From Promethearchaeota archaeon (GTDB lineage: Archaea; Asgardarchaeota; Lokiarchaeia; Sigyniarchaeales; SOKP01), in assembly GCA_008080735.1 (NCBI GenBank), contig SHMW01000031.1, forward strand, positions 1,293-40,422: a stretch of 39,130 nt of DNA, in the 5' to 3' direction. Positions 8,653 to 18,279 of this stretch are shown one piece after another (position 1 is the first letter of the stretch; each line of letters opens with the position of its first letter). The notes under the pieces are model-generated. The model was given only the letters and a program-made list of their open reading frames with translations, had not been told where the DNA came from and searched no databases. The position numbers and the translations under genes were made by a program.

Positions 8653-11600
8653 ATGAGTTATTCTTATTCACGTACAAAATTAATTGAAAAAATAAAATTC
8701 GGATTACTCAGTCCCGATGAGATCCGAAAAATGTCAGCAGCTAGAATTATCACGGCTGATACCTATGATGAGGATGGATTACCAATTCCTTCTGGATTAA
8801 TGGATCAAAGATTAGGCACGATTGAACCTGGTCAGAGATGCCAAACATGTGGAAACCTTGTTAGCAACTGTATGGGCCATTTCGGACATATTGAGCTTGC
8901 AAGGCCAGTTATCCATGTGGGCTACGCAAAGAAGGTGCTTAAGTGCTTGCGTTCCATCTGCCCTGAATGTTCCCGCTTAATGCTTTCTGACGAAGAGAGG
9001 GAAAAGCATCGTGAGGAGCAAATAAAACATCGTAAAATTTATCATGAGGGCGATGAGGACATCACCAAAATCGTATTCAAGAGTGCGCGAAAAAATAAAG
9101 TGTGTCCGTTCTGCGGTGCAAAAAAGAAAAAAATTATTCTTGAAAAACCTACTACTTTTTATGAAGAGGAAGAGGCGAAAGGTTCTCGACGATTAACTCC
9201 AATCGAAATTCGAGAGCGGTTAAAAAAAATGACTGATGCTGATCTCCGCATCTTGGGGATATCTCCTAAAAATGCGAGATTAGAATGGGTCATTTTTACT
9301 GTTTTACCGATTCCTCCCGTATGCGCACGGCCGTCCATTACGCTTGATAGCGGCATTCGATCGGAAGACGATCTTACCCATAAATTAGTAGATGTTATCA
9401 GAATTAATCAACGACTGCGTGAAAATATTGATGCTGGAGCACCTCATCTCATCGTTGAGGATCTATGGGAATTATTACAATATCATATCACTACTTATTT
9501 TGATAATCAAGTGTCCGGAATTCCACCGGCTCGGCATCGGTCAGGACGGGCACTTCGAACATTGACACAAAGATTAAAAGGGAAAGAAGGACGTTTCCGT
9601 AGCAATTTGAGTGGAAAACGTGTTGATTTTTCGGCGAGAAGTGTCATCTCTCCAAATCCACATATAAGCATTAATGAAGTGGGAGTTCCGAAGGATATCG
9701 CAAAAATCTTGACTATCCCTACAAACGTAAATGATTGGAATATTGAACAGATGAAACAATTGGTATTAAACGGACCAAATAGACATCCAGGTGCGAACTA
9801 TATCATTCGAAACGATAGACGTAGAATAGACCTACGATATGTTAAAAACAGGAAAATCATTGCTGACATGTTGGCACCAGGTTTCACAGTTGAGCGACAT
9901 CTTAATGATGGTGACTTGGTTCTTTTTAATCGTCAACCATCCCTCCATCGGATGTCTATTATGGCTCATGAAGTAAAAATTATGGACGGAAGAACCTTTA
10001 GGCTAAACCTTACTGTATGTTTAGAGGGTAATACTCCTATTATTACAGACGCAGGAAAAATTAAAATCAAACATTTAGTAAATAATTTTGAACAATTTAA
10101 ACTTCTATCTTCGACTTGGAAAAAGGAATTACCAAAAGATCCCACAAATATAAAGGTTATTCAGCAAGGGATTAAAGAAGCTCAGATAATTAATGCAGAA
10201 TTACATGAAGAGCCGATTAAAGGAAAGAGAATTATTACAGAGATGGGTCGTGTTTTAGAAACCACTTTGGATCATCCATTCTATACAGAGAAAGGAAAGA
10301 TTGCTGCAGGATTACTTTCTAAGGGAGATAGAGTCGCAGTTTATCCAATTGAAGTACCTGAAATAGAAGCAAATAAAGGAGAGATTATATTAACTCCAGA
10401 TGATATACTAAATCACGCGCCTCCAAACAGCTACACTTCATATTTGCTGAAAGAATTGAAAAACATAAAACTGCTTAACATTCCACAGACATCTAAAAAG
10501 CAAATTATACTAGCCTCATTAGTGGGACATCTAATGTCTGACGGGACATTATGGTGGGATGACGAAGGAGTTCATTTAACATTCCGGACTGGAGAAATTG
10601 AAGATATAGAACAAATTAAAGCTGCATTAGAATCAATCGGAATTAAGACTCCTAAGCCAAAATTAAAAAAATCTAGAGGAGACGAAATAACCACAGTTTC
10701 TGGAGATAAATTATATCCAAAAGGTAAAGGGTATATCATAGATATCAGAAAAAAACCAATCGCTATAGCCTTCCATGCTTTAGGAGTTCCTGTTGGTGAT
10801 AAGGTAACTCAAGAATTTCCAGTACCAAAATGGATTTTAAAGGGTTCAAAGATGGTTAAAAGAGCATTTCTTAGAGGTTATTTTGGGGGAGAATTATCCT
10901 CACCTCGATTACATACAAAATCTTCCAAAGTCATTAATCAACCCGTCTTTAAGATGTCAAAAATTGATGGATTATCTGCTCACGGATTTTTCGAAGATAT
11001 AAACACTCTCTTAAAAGAATTTGGAACAGAAGTCTCCTCCTATACAACTCAAGAAGGTAAAATTAGAAAAAAAGATGGTAAACGATCTACAACTTATGTA
11101 GCCAATATCATATCTAACGAGAAACAATTAATATCCTTTTATAAAAAGATTGGTTGTGAATTTTCAAACAATAAGGAAGTTTATTGTCGACTAATGGCCG
11201 AATATCTAACATTAAAACATTATACTCGAATGGACCAACAAGAAGTAAAAATGGAAGCAATAGATCTGAGAAAACAAGGACTAGCATTGGAACAGATTGT
11301 AAATAAATATAATGTTTCTCCGATCACGATTTCAAGGTGGGAAAGAGGAGTATATGATAAAGCTGGTTTACCTATAGATTTTCCTTCTTTTAATGAATGG
11401 CTCGATGAAAATACAAAAGGATTAAACGATGGATTGGTGTGGGATAAGATAAAATCAATTGAAAATATTACCCTCAATATAGCCTATGATGTTTCAATGG
11501 ACGGGAATTATGATAACTTCATTGCTAATCAATTTTTAACTGGAAATTGCCCTCCATACAATGCTGATTTTGACGGAGACGAGATGAATCTTCATGTCCC

Positions 11601-13128
11601 TCAGAGTGAGGAAGCCCGTACCGAAGCTGAATTATTACTAAAAGTTCAAGAACATATCTTATCCCCTCGTTTTGGTGGACCTATATTAGGAGGCATTCAA
11701 GATTTTATTTCCAGTGTGTTCCAATTTACTAGCAAAGAATCAATCTATAATCCAAAAGATACGTTAAAACTTCTTTATATGGGGAATGTATTTGATCAAA
11801 AACCTAATTTTGATATGAATGAGGTAGAACCAATACAAATCGATCCCGAACCAATGTATTCAGGAAAACAAATCTTTAGCACCCTACTTCCTGAAGATTT
11901 AAATATTCGAGTCCGTTCAAAATTTTGTAAGAAATGCTTTACAAAACCAGGACAAGAATGCAAAGAGGAAGATTGCGAATATGATGCCTATGTCCGAATA
12001 GTCAACGGAGAACTCCAGACAGGTACTATTGACGAAAATTCGTTTGGTGCGATGCAATCTAATAGTATATTACAAAGAATTATAAAAGATCACGGTAACG
12101 CGCGTGGAAGAGAATTTTTAGACAGCGCAACTCAGATGCTGCTATATGTCATCAGGCAAAATGGAATGACAATGGGGCTTGATGAGGTGTATGTAAAAGG
12201 GGAGGCTTTCGAAGAGATCCAAAAAGTCTTAAATGAATCAACGGAGGAATCTAAACGACTTATTAAAGCTTTTCGAGAAAATGACACAGATGTATTACAA
12301 AGAGCGCCTGGGCGTTCACTAAAAGAAACATTAGAATTACGTATCCGTCAAGTGCTTGCGGAAGCACGTAAGAAAGCAGAAGAGATCGCTGCCAATTATA
12401 TTGGGGATGAGGCCCATTCGGTTATCATGACCAAATCTGGTGCGCGTGGAAACATCTTAAACTTGGGTCAGATGTCTGCAGTTGTAGGGCAACAAGCAAT
12501 AAGAGGAGAAAGGATTAATCGAGGATATAGCTCTCGTACCTTACCACATTTTAAAGTTGATGACCTAACTCCTAGGGCACGAGGATTTGTTGAGCAATCA
12601 TATCGAAATGGATTGGATCCATCTGGATTCTTTTTCCATGCGATGGGAGGGCGAGAAGGTCTCGTAGATACTGCTGTACGTACATCTACATCAGGATATA
12701 TGCAACGTCGATTGGTTAATGCACTGCAAGATATGGTAATTGAAAATGACGGAACAGTACGCAATGCAGATAAAAATATTATTCAATTTGATTTCGGAGA
12801 TGATAATATTAATCCGCAGCACACGGATCATGGAGATGCGGTCAATCTTGACGTGCTTCTCTTGAAAGCCCAAACCTTGGATACAGAAGAAATTCAAGAA
12901 TCGTTAAAACAAGAAAAACAACGGAAGAAGGAAAAACCAAAATCCGTACCTTCTAAAGAAACACCAAAAATAGAATCGACTAAAGAAAAACAAAAGGAAG
13001 TAAAGGAAGCTCCTACTGAGGAGGAAATGCGCGCTGAATTCGAAAAAGAAACGGATAAAAATGCGGTTTGGCAAGGAAAGATCACCAAACAATATAAAGA
13101 ATGGCGTGAGGAAAAATATGGAATTTAA
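8653..13128 (+). CDS. rpoA1: RNA polymerase subunit A' (Rpo1N) precursor containing an intein
   Basis: CxGHFGHIELARP, GKRVDFSARSVI, NRQPSLHRMS, catalytic YNADFDGDEMN, GGREGLVDTAVRTS. Confidence 0.98.
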   Translation: MSYSYSRTKLIEKIKFGLLSPDEIRKMSAARIITADTYDEDGLPIPSGLMDQRLGTIEPGQRCQTCGNLVSNCMGHFGHIELARPVIHVGYAKKVLKCLRSICPECSRLMLSDEEREKHREEQIKHRKIYHEGDEDITKIVFKSARKNKVCPFCGAKKKKIILEKPTTFYEEEEAKGSRRLTPIEIRERLKKMTDADLRILGISPKNARLEWVIFTVLPIPPVCARPSITLDSGIRSEDDLTHKLVDVIRINQRLRENIDAGAPHLIVEDLWELLQYHITTYFDNQVSGIPPARHRSGRALRTLTQRLKGKEGRFRSNLSGKRVDFSARSVISPNPHISINEVGVPKDIAKILTIPTNVNDWNIEQMKQLVLNGPNRHPGANYIIRNDRRRIDLRYVKNRKIIADMLAPGFTVERHLNDGDLVLFNRQPSLHRMSIMAHEVKIMDGRTFRLNLTVCLEGNTPIITDAGKIKIKHLVNNFEQFKLLSSTWKKELPKDPTNIKVIQQGIKEAQIINAELHEEPIKGKRIITEMGRVLETTLDHPFYTEKGKIAAGLLSKGDRVAVYPIEVPEIEANKGEIILTPDDILNHAPPNSYTSYLLKELKNIKLLNIPQTSKKQIILASLVGHLMSDGTLWWDDEGVHLTFRTGEIEDIEQIKAALESIGIKTPKPKLKKSRGDEITTVSGDKLYPKGKGYIIDIRKKPIAIAFHALGVPVGDKVTQEFPVPKWILKGSKMVKRAFLRGYFGGELSSPRLHTKSSKVINQPVFKMSKIDGLSAHGFFEDINTLLKEFGTEVSSYTTQEGKIRKKDGKRSTTYVANIISNEKQLISFYKKIGCEFSNNKEVYCRLMAEYLTLKHYTRMDQQEVKMEAIDLRKQGLALEQIVNKYNVSPITISRWERGVYDKAGLPIDFPSFNEWLDENTKGLNDGLVWDKIKSIENITLNIAYDVSMDGNYDNFIANQFLTGNCPPYNADFDGDEMNLHVPQSEEARTEAELLLKVQEHILSPRFGGPILGGIQDFISSVFQFTSKESIYNPKDTLKLLYMGNVFDQKPNFDMNEVEPIQIDPEPMYSGKQIFSTLLPEDLNIRVRSKFCKKCFTKPGQECKEEDCEYDAYVRIVNGELQTGTIDENSFGAMQSNSILQRIIKDHGNARGREFLDSATQMLLYVIRQNGMTMGLDEVYVKGEAFEEIQKVLNESTEESKRLIKAFRENDTDVLQRAPGRSLKETLELRIRQVLAEARKKAEEIAANYIGDEAHSVIMTKSGARGNILNLGQMSAVVGQQAIRGERINRGYSSRTLPHFKVDDLTPRARGFVEQSYRNGLDPSGFFFHAMGGREGLVDTAVRTSTSGYMQRRLVNALQDMVIENDGTVRNADKNIIQFDFGDDNINPQHTDHGDAVNLDVLLLKAQTLDTEEIQESLKQEKQRKKEKPKSVPSKETPKIESTKEKQKEVKEAPTEEEMRAEFEKETDKNAVWQGKITKQYKEWREEKYGI
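10018..11547 (+). mobile_element. Intein (510 aa) with LAGLIDADG homing endonuclease in Rpo1N
   Basis: Junctions RLNLTV|CLEGNT...NFIANQFLTGN|CPPYNADFDGD; block B TLDHPF; LVGHLMSDG and FLRGYFGGE; HTH-like VSPITISRWE. Confidence 0.96.
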
Positions 13129-13146
13129 ACGGAGGTATCAAGAAAA

Positions 13147-14340
13147 ATGACAAAAGTAACTCCAGAATTGTTAGAAGAAAGTTTAGAGGAATTGCATGAA
13201 GATGGAATCCCAAAGGACTTAATTGATGATATTCGTGAACGATTAAGTGAAGTAGAGTTGGAAGAGGAGCAACTGGAATATTTACTCAATAAAGTGTATA
13301 TTAATTATAATAATGCAGTAGTAGAAGCATCAGAACCCGTTGGAACCATCGCTGCTCAATCAATTGGCGAGCCCGGAACACAGATGACTTTACGTACGTT
13401 CCACTACGCAGGAGTAGAGGAGTTTTCTGTAACTCAAGGATTACCACGACTTATCGAGATTGTGGATGCACGTCGATTTCCAAGTACTCCGAACATGACA
13501 ATCTATCTCACCGAAGAGTATCGGGAGGAGGAAAAAGAAGCAATTAAAGTTCATAACCGTATCGAACAAATCCGTATCGAACAAATTACGCATGACGTCG
13601 ATTTGGATTTCGTAGATTGGAATATTGTTATCAATTTAATCCCAGAAATCTGCGAGAGAAAAGGAATTGATATTGACGAAATTCCCGAAGTATTGAAACG
13701 CTATAAGAAAAAAGGCACTATTAAACGAGAAGGGAGTTCAATCATCATCGACCCAGGGATCGAAGATTTGCAAAAATTACAAAAATTACGAGAAAAGATT
13801 CTTAAAAAGGTTGTAAAAGGTGTACGAGGAATTAAGAGAGGATTATTAACCCCCTCAGAAGATAATAGTGAGTGGATCATCAAAACCGAAGGGACTAATC
13901 TATCAGGTGTTGTTCAGATTGAAGGTGTGGATGCCGCACGGACGGTGTCCAATCATCTACACGAGGTAGAAAAATTATTTGGTATTGAGGCTGCGAGAAA
14001 CTTAATTATTAATGAAGCCAAATCTGTGCTGGAACAACAAGGATTGGATGTTGATTTGCGTCATCTTCTGATTCTTGCTGACTTAATGTGTAGCACAGGG
14101 ACAATCCAATCTATCGGCCGACACGGGATCTCTGGTTCAAAAACCAGTGTATTCGCGAGAGCCGCGTTTGAAGTCACTGTCAATCAATTGCTTGATGCGG
14201 GAATATATGGAGAAGAAGAGCGACTGTTAGGAATCCCAGAAAATGTAATCGTGGGACAAGTATGCCCAATCGGAACGGGACGAGTTGAGATCCAGTTCGA
14301 TATTGACAAGAATTTAGAATTGATTAAAAATAGGCAATAA
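13147..14340 (+). CDS. rpoA2: RNA polymerase subunit A'' (Rpo1C)
   Basis: [56 protein letters not shown]. Confidence 0.98.
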   Translation: MTKVTPELLEESLEELHEDGIPKDLIDDIRERLSEVELEEEQLEYLLNKVYINYNNAVVEASEPVGTIAAQSIGEPGTQMTLRTFHYAGVEEFSVTQGLPRLIEIVDARRFPSTPNMTIYLTEEYREEEKEAIKVHNRIEQIRIEQITHDVDLDFVDWNIVINLIPEICERKGIDIDEIPEVLKRYKKKGTIKREGSSIIIDPGIEDLQKLQKLREKILKKVVKGVRGIKRGLLTPSEDNSEWIIKTEGTNLSGVVQIEGVDAARTVSNHLHEVEKLFGIEAARNLIINEAKSVLEQQGLDVDLRHLLILADLMCSTGTIQSIGRHGISGSKTSVFARAAFEVTVNQLLDAGIYGEEERLLGIPENVIVGQVCPIGTGRVEIQFDIDKNLELIKNRQ

Positions 14341-14415
14341 CATAAAAAATTTTAATAACAAAACATTTTTTTTACTTACTTTAGTAATTCTAATAAACAT
14401 ACATGTGATTTAGTT

Positions 14416-14784
14416 ATGGCAAAGAGAAAGAAGTCGCAAGAACTTGATTTATCGCGGAAAAAGAAAAAAGTCTTCGATATTGATACAAATATAAAGGTTG
14501 CTCTTAAGACGGGAGAAGTTGTGAGGGGAAAGAATCTCGTTTTGAGAAATTTACGCACCAATCCGTTTAAAATGATTATTGTGGCAAATAATTGCCCATA
14601 TGAATTGATGAGTGAACTGAAACATTATAACTCGTTATCGGACAGCGAAATATATATCCATAAATATAAAGGCTCTAGTTGGGATCTCGGATTAGCATGC
14701 GGAGAGCCCTACATGATTTCTATACTAGGAATTTATAATTATGGCGACAGCGATCTTGAAAGTTTAAAAAACAAAGGTAATTAA
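14416..14784 (+). CDS. rpl30e: 50S ribosomal protein L30e
   Basis: KTGEVVRG, IIVANNCP, GSSWDLGLACGEPY; canonical position after rpoA''. Confidence 0.92.
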   Translation: MAKRKKSQELDLSRKKKKVFDIDTNIKVALKTGEVVRGKNLVLRNLRTNPFKMIIVANNCPYELMSELKHYNSLSDSEIYIHKYKGSSWDLGLACGEPYMISILGIYNYGDSDLESLKNKGN

Positions 14785-14816
14785 AATAAATCAGATATTT
14801 ATTAAATGAAATTATT

Positions 14817-15311
14817 ATGAAATCAGAACTAAACAAAAATATTAAGTTAGACAGACAATCCTTAGAACTCATCTCTCTTTTTAACAACATCTCCGGCGCT
14901 GTTATTAAGGACTGTATACTTTACAACACTCCCCAATATTCGGATGATGAAGTGATCATTTTTCTCGTAAAAAAGGATGACGTGGGAAAAGCAATTGGTA
15001 AGAATGGTGAGCATGTGAAAGATTTGACCTCAAAACTTAATAAGAAAATAGATGTAATACCATATTCTGACCATCTAGAGAGATTTATTAAATATATTTT
15101 AAACACGACGAAGAACTCAATTCGGGTCAAGAATATCGAGATCAAGGAAGGACGGAACGAAAAACGCACGGTAATCATTACGGTTAGACCGCAAGATCGT
15201 GGAAAAGCGATAGGAAAAGACGGGACGATGATAAAGAAGGTGAAAATGCTGGTAACACGCCATTTCGATGTAGACAATGTAATCATTGATACACGCCCAT
15301 TGAATAACTAA
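14817..15311 (+). CDS. nusA: Archaeal NusA (two KH domains)
   Basis: GKAIGKNG and GKAIGKDG KH loops; follows L30e. Confidence 0.93.
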   Translation: MKSELNKNIKLDRQSLELISLFNNISGAVIKDCILYNTPQYSDDEVIIFLVKKDDVGKAIGKNGEHVKDLTSKLNKKIDVIPYSDHLERFIKYILNTTKNSIRVKNIEIKEGRNEKRTVIITVRPQDRGKAIGKDGTMIKKVKMLVTRHFDVDNVIIDTRPLNN

Positions 15312-15564
15312 AATACTCCTTATTAAGACAAGCTTACTTTCTTTGCCTATCATAAAGATTGAATATGTCTGGGGTATTTTCAATATTATGCAGACCATAT
15401 CAACTGGATTCTTTTATCCTTATCTTCAATTTTATTGAAAAACCTATCAGCTCTATTGTTTTTTCATAAGAAACCCTTAATAAATCATATATTTCAATAG
15501 AAGAAGCTTGAAATTCGTATTTTATGAAAAAATTCAGTTTTTATTTTCACAAATTAGGCTCTAG

Positions 15565-16773
15565 TTATAATGCTAGACTTCCACTTGTAACTAATTCATG
15601 ATGTATTTTAAAAGTGAGAAAAAAAAACTCTCCTTTTTGATGTTTAGGAAAGCTTTCTAAATTATAATGGATTTCACTAAATCTTAATCTATTCCCATTT
15701 CGTAAAATAACAACTGAAACCACTTTAGAAGATGCTCTTCTAGTTTCATGATATAAGCGTCTCACATCCTTCCACGGAATATATGTGAATTCTTTTAATT
15801 TACGATAACAAAATCCCTTTGAATTGATGATAATAATATATCTGTAAAAAATAAACATAAAAGAAGGAAGCGTGAAGAAAAGGATGGAAAGAATAATATA
15901 CCAAATGATAATAAATCCAACATTTTTCATGCCCAAGCTCAGAAAGATGAGGAAGATCATCAAGGCACCTAAAAACCAAAAATTTAACATTAATATCGTA
16001 AGGCTGCGATGAGGTTTACCAGAAAAGATTAAAGATTCTCCTTTATAATATGAATCCTCTAAATCTTGAAAAAAATTATATGATTTACGATTGAAATCTC
16101 CTCTCTTGTAGTCTCTATAAACTTCTGCTAAGTCTTTTGGCATTTGTGGATGTTTCCATTTTTTTTGTGTTTCTTTCCTGAACGCCTTATAGTATGAATT
16201 AAAGCATTCTATTACTATGAATTTTAGTTTATCATCTTGAGATCGATCAAATTCGCCAAATTCTTTCAATTTAAAATTAAACGGGTCTATCTCAAAAAAG
16301 TTGCCATCATTAAAATTAATTTTAACGATATTACTGCGAAGTATACCTCCAAATCTTAAGTAATAAACTGAAGGGACTTCTGCTAATTTTAAATCTTCCC
16401 AAGTATATTCTTTTGGGGAATCCCCCCGATCTTTCAGAATAATCCCTTCAGCTCCATAAATTAGGAAAGCTTCTCGTCTTTCCCACATGGATAAAATAAA
16501 AAAGAGTAAACTAAATATTCCAAAGGTGATGATGGGGAGAAAAAATGCGATTAAATCCGACGCTCCTAATAAGAGTGCGATCAATATTCCCAGAAAAAGG
16601 AAAATCCCCGAGAGAATAAGGTAAATTGAACTCAGAGTAGTACTAAATGGCATAACGATGATCTTTTTATTTGTAATCGCATCATTTATATCATTTTTAT
16701 CTTTTATGCTATGAAAATTATAGTCTTGTTCTTTATAGTTATCATATGTTTCCAAATATCTTTCAGCAAACAT
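15565..16773 (-). CDS. Membrane protein with two repeated TM-hairpin + PH-like units
   Basis: IYGAEGIILK...YTWEDL and IINSKGFCYRK...IPWKDV each follow a TM pair; likely start ATG 16773 (track start 16869). Confidence 0.7.
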   Translation of the reverse strand: MFAERYLETYDNYKEQDYNFHSIKDKNDINDAITNKKIIVMPFSTTLSSIYLILSGIFLFLGILIALLLGASDLIAFFLPIITFGIFSLLFFILSMWERREAFLIYGAEGIILKDRGDSPKEYTWEDLKLAEVPSVYYLRFGGILRSNIVKINFNDGNFFEIDPFNFKLKEFGEFDRSQDDKLKFIVIECFNSYYKAFRKETQKKWKHPQMPKDLAEVYRDYKRGDFNRKSYNFFQDLEDSYYKGESLIFSGKPHRSLTILMLNFWFLGALMIFLIFLSLGMKNVGFIIIWYIILSILFFTLPSFMFIFYRYIIIINSKGFCYRKLKEFTYIPWKDVRRLYHETRRASSKVVSVVILRNGNRLRFSEIHYNLESFPKHQKGEFFFLTFKIHHELVTSGSLAL

Positions 16774-16996
16774 AAATTTTATGGAATATTTTATGGTGGA
16801 AAATATTTGATCGTAAAATAAAATTAGAAGTAATGCTTTATTTAAAAAAATTAAGTCTATTTGATTCACCTACTCTTACGATGCTATAACTAAGGTGGAT
16901 TGGATTAAACCTAAAATTTTAAGTTAGAAGAATAATTACATCTATTTGTTATAATTATCTATCTAAAATTATCATAGTATTTTTAATCGATGTAAA

Positions 16997-17425
16997 ATGC
17001 CGAAAGGATTATATGCAGCACGGAAACTGAAAGAGAATAGAAAGAAGTTCAGATGGAGTAAGACCAAATATAAGCGAAAAAAGCTTAAATTAAAGCAAAA
17101 AGTAGATCCATTGGAGGGTGCTCCGCAAGCAAGTGGAATTGTGCTCCAAAAGGTAGGACGTGAGAGCAAGCAACCTAACTCAGCTATTCGAAAATGTGTA
17201 CGTGTTCAACTTAGAAAAAATGGAAAAAGCATTACAGCTTTCTTGCCAGGAGATGGTGCGCTTAATTTCATTGACGAGCATGATAGGGTGTTGGTTGAAG
17301 GAATAGGGGGTGCTAAGGGGCGTGCTGTTGGCGATCTACCGGGCGTAAGATGGAAAGTAGTAAAGGTGAATGGTGTTTCATTAGACGCGCTTATTAAAGG
17401 AATTAAAGAAAAACCATTGAGGTGA
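16997..17425 (+). CDS. rps12: 30S ribosomal protein S12 (uS12)
   Basis: [35 protein letters not shown]. Confidence 0.98.
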   Translation: MPKGLYAARKLKENRKKFRWSKTKYKRKKLKLKQKVDPLEGAPQASGIVLQKVGRESKQPNSAIRKCVRVQLRKNGKSITAFLPGDGALNFIDEHDRVLVEGIGGAKGRAVGDLPGVRWKVVKVNGVSLDALIKGIKEKPLR

Positions 17426-18045
17426 GAAAAATAACCGAACGAGCTCATATTAAACTATTTAATCAATGGTCCTTTGAAGATGTGGAGGTACGAGATTGGA
17501 CCTTAGAGCGGTATATTAATCTTAAACCCATAATTATTCCGCACAGCTGTGGACGCCACAATAAGAAAACATTCTGGAAGACGAAAAAAGTAAATATTAT
17601 TGAGCGATTTATAAACCGTCTATTAGCCCCAGGATTTATGGACTCTAAAATTAAAGGACATAAGAGTTCCTATCAGTCTGGAAAGAAAAACCGAATACTT
17701 AAAGCGATGAAAGATGCGTTTAGGCTTATCAACCTAAAAACAGAAAAAAATCCCATCCAAATACTTATTGATGCGATTTGTAATACCGCTCCACGAGAGG
17801 AAACAACTAAAATCGCTATGGGAGGGATTTCATACGCGAGTGCGGTTGACATAGCCCCACAGCGACGTGTAGATTTAGCTATAAAATATCTTGTGCAAGC
17901 AATTGGAGCCCGCACCCACACGAACATAAAGAGTTTTGGAGAAAATATTGCGCAAGAATTAATGTTAGCAGCGCAAAATAGTCAAGATTCCCGTGCGGTA
18001 AAGAAGAAAGACGAAGTTGAGCGTATTGCAGTATCTGCTCGTTAA
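17422..18045 (+). CDS. rps7: 30S ribosomal protein S7 (uS7)
   Basis: [31 protein letters not shown]; GTGA overlap with rps12. Confidence 0.97.
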   Translation: MRKITERAHIKLFNQWSFEDVEVRDWTLERYINLKPIIIPHSCGRHNKKTFWKTKKVNIIERFINRLLAPGFMDSKIKGHKSSYQSGKKNRILKAMKDAFRLINLKTEKNPIQILIDAICNTAPREETTKIAMGGISYASAVDIAPQRRVDLAIKYLVQAIGARTHTNIKSFGENIAQELMLAAQNSQDSRAVKKKDEVERIAVSAR

Positions 18046-18279
18046 ATTTGTAGTTTGTATTTTTATCTCATTTTAATTATTAATTTTAGTATTGTTGTTA
18101 GATACCATTAGGTATCAGTCACGCAATATATAATTAGATTCAGATCGTCCTATATCACCGAGATATCATCAAAATATCGGGAGCTTAATGAACATACGAA
18201 ATTTATTCCTTAATTTTTAAATAAGTAGGAAACATATTATTCTATAAGCTATTATTAAAAATAGGGTTAATAAATAAGA

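Noticed and set aside
11920-11980. Cys cluster CKKC..C..C in Rpo1N
   Set aside because: Corresponds to a Zn-binding region seen in other archaeal Rpo1N; not novel.
14416-14470. Basic NLS-like N-terminus of L30e
   Set aside because: Basic extensions are ordinary in ribosomal proteins.
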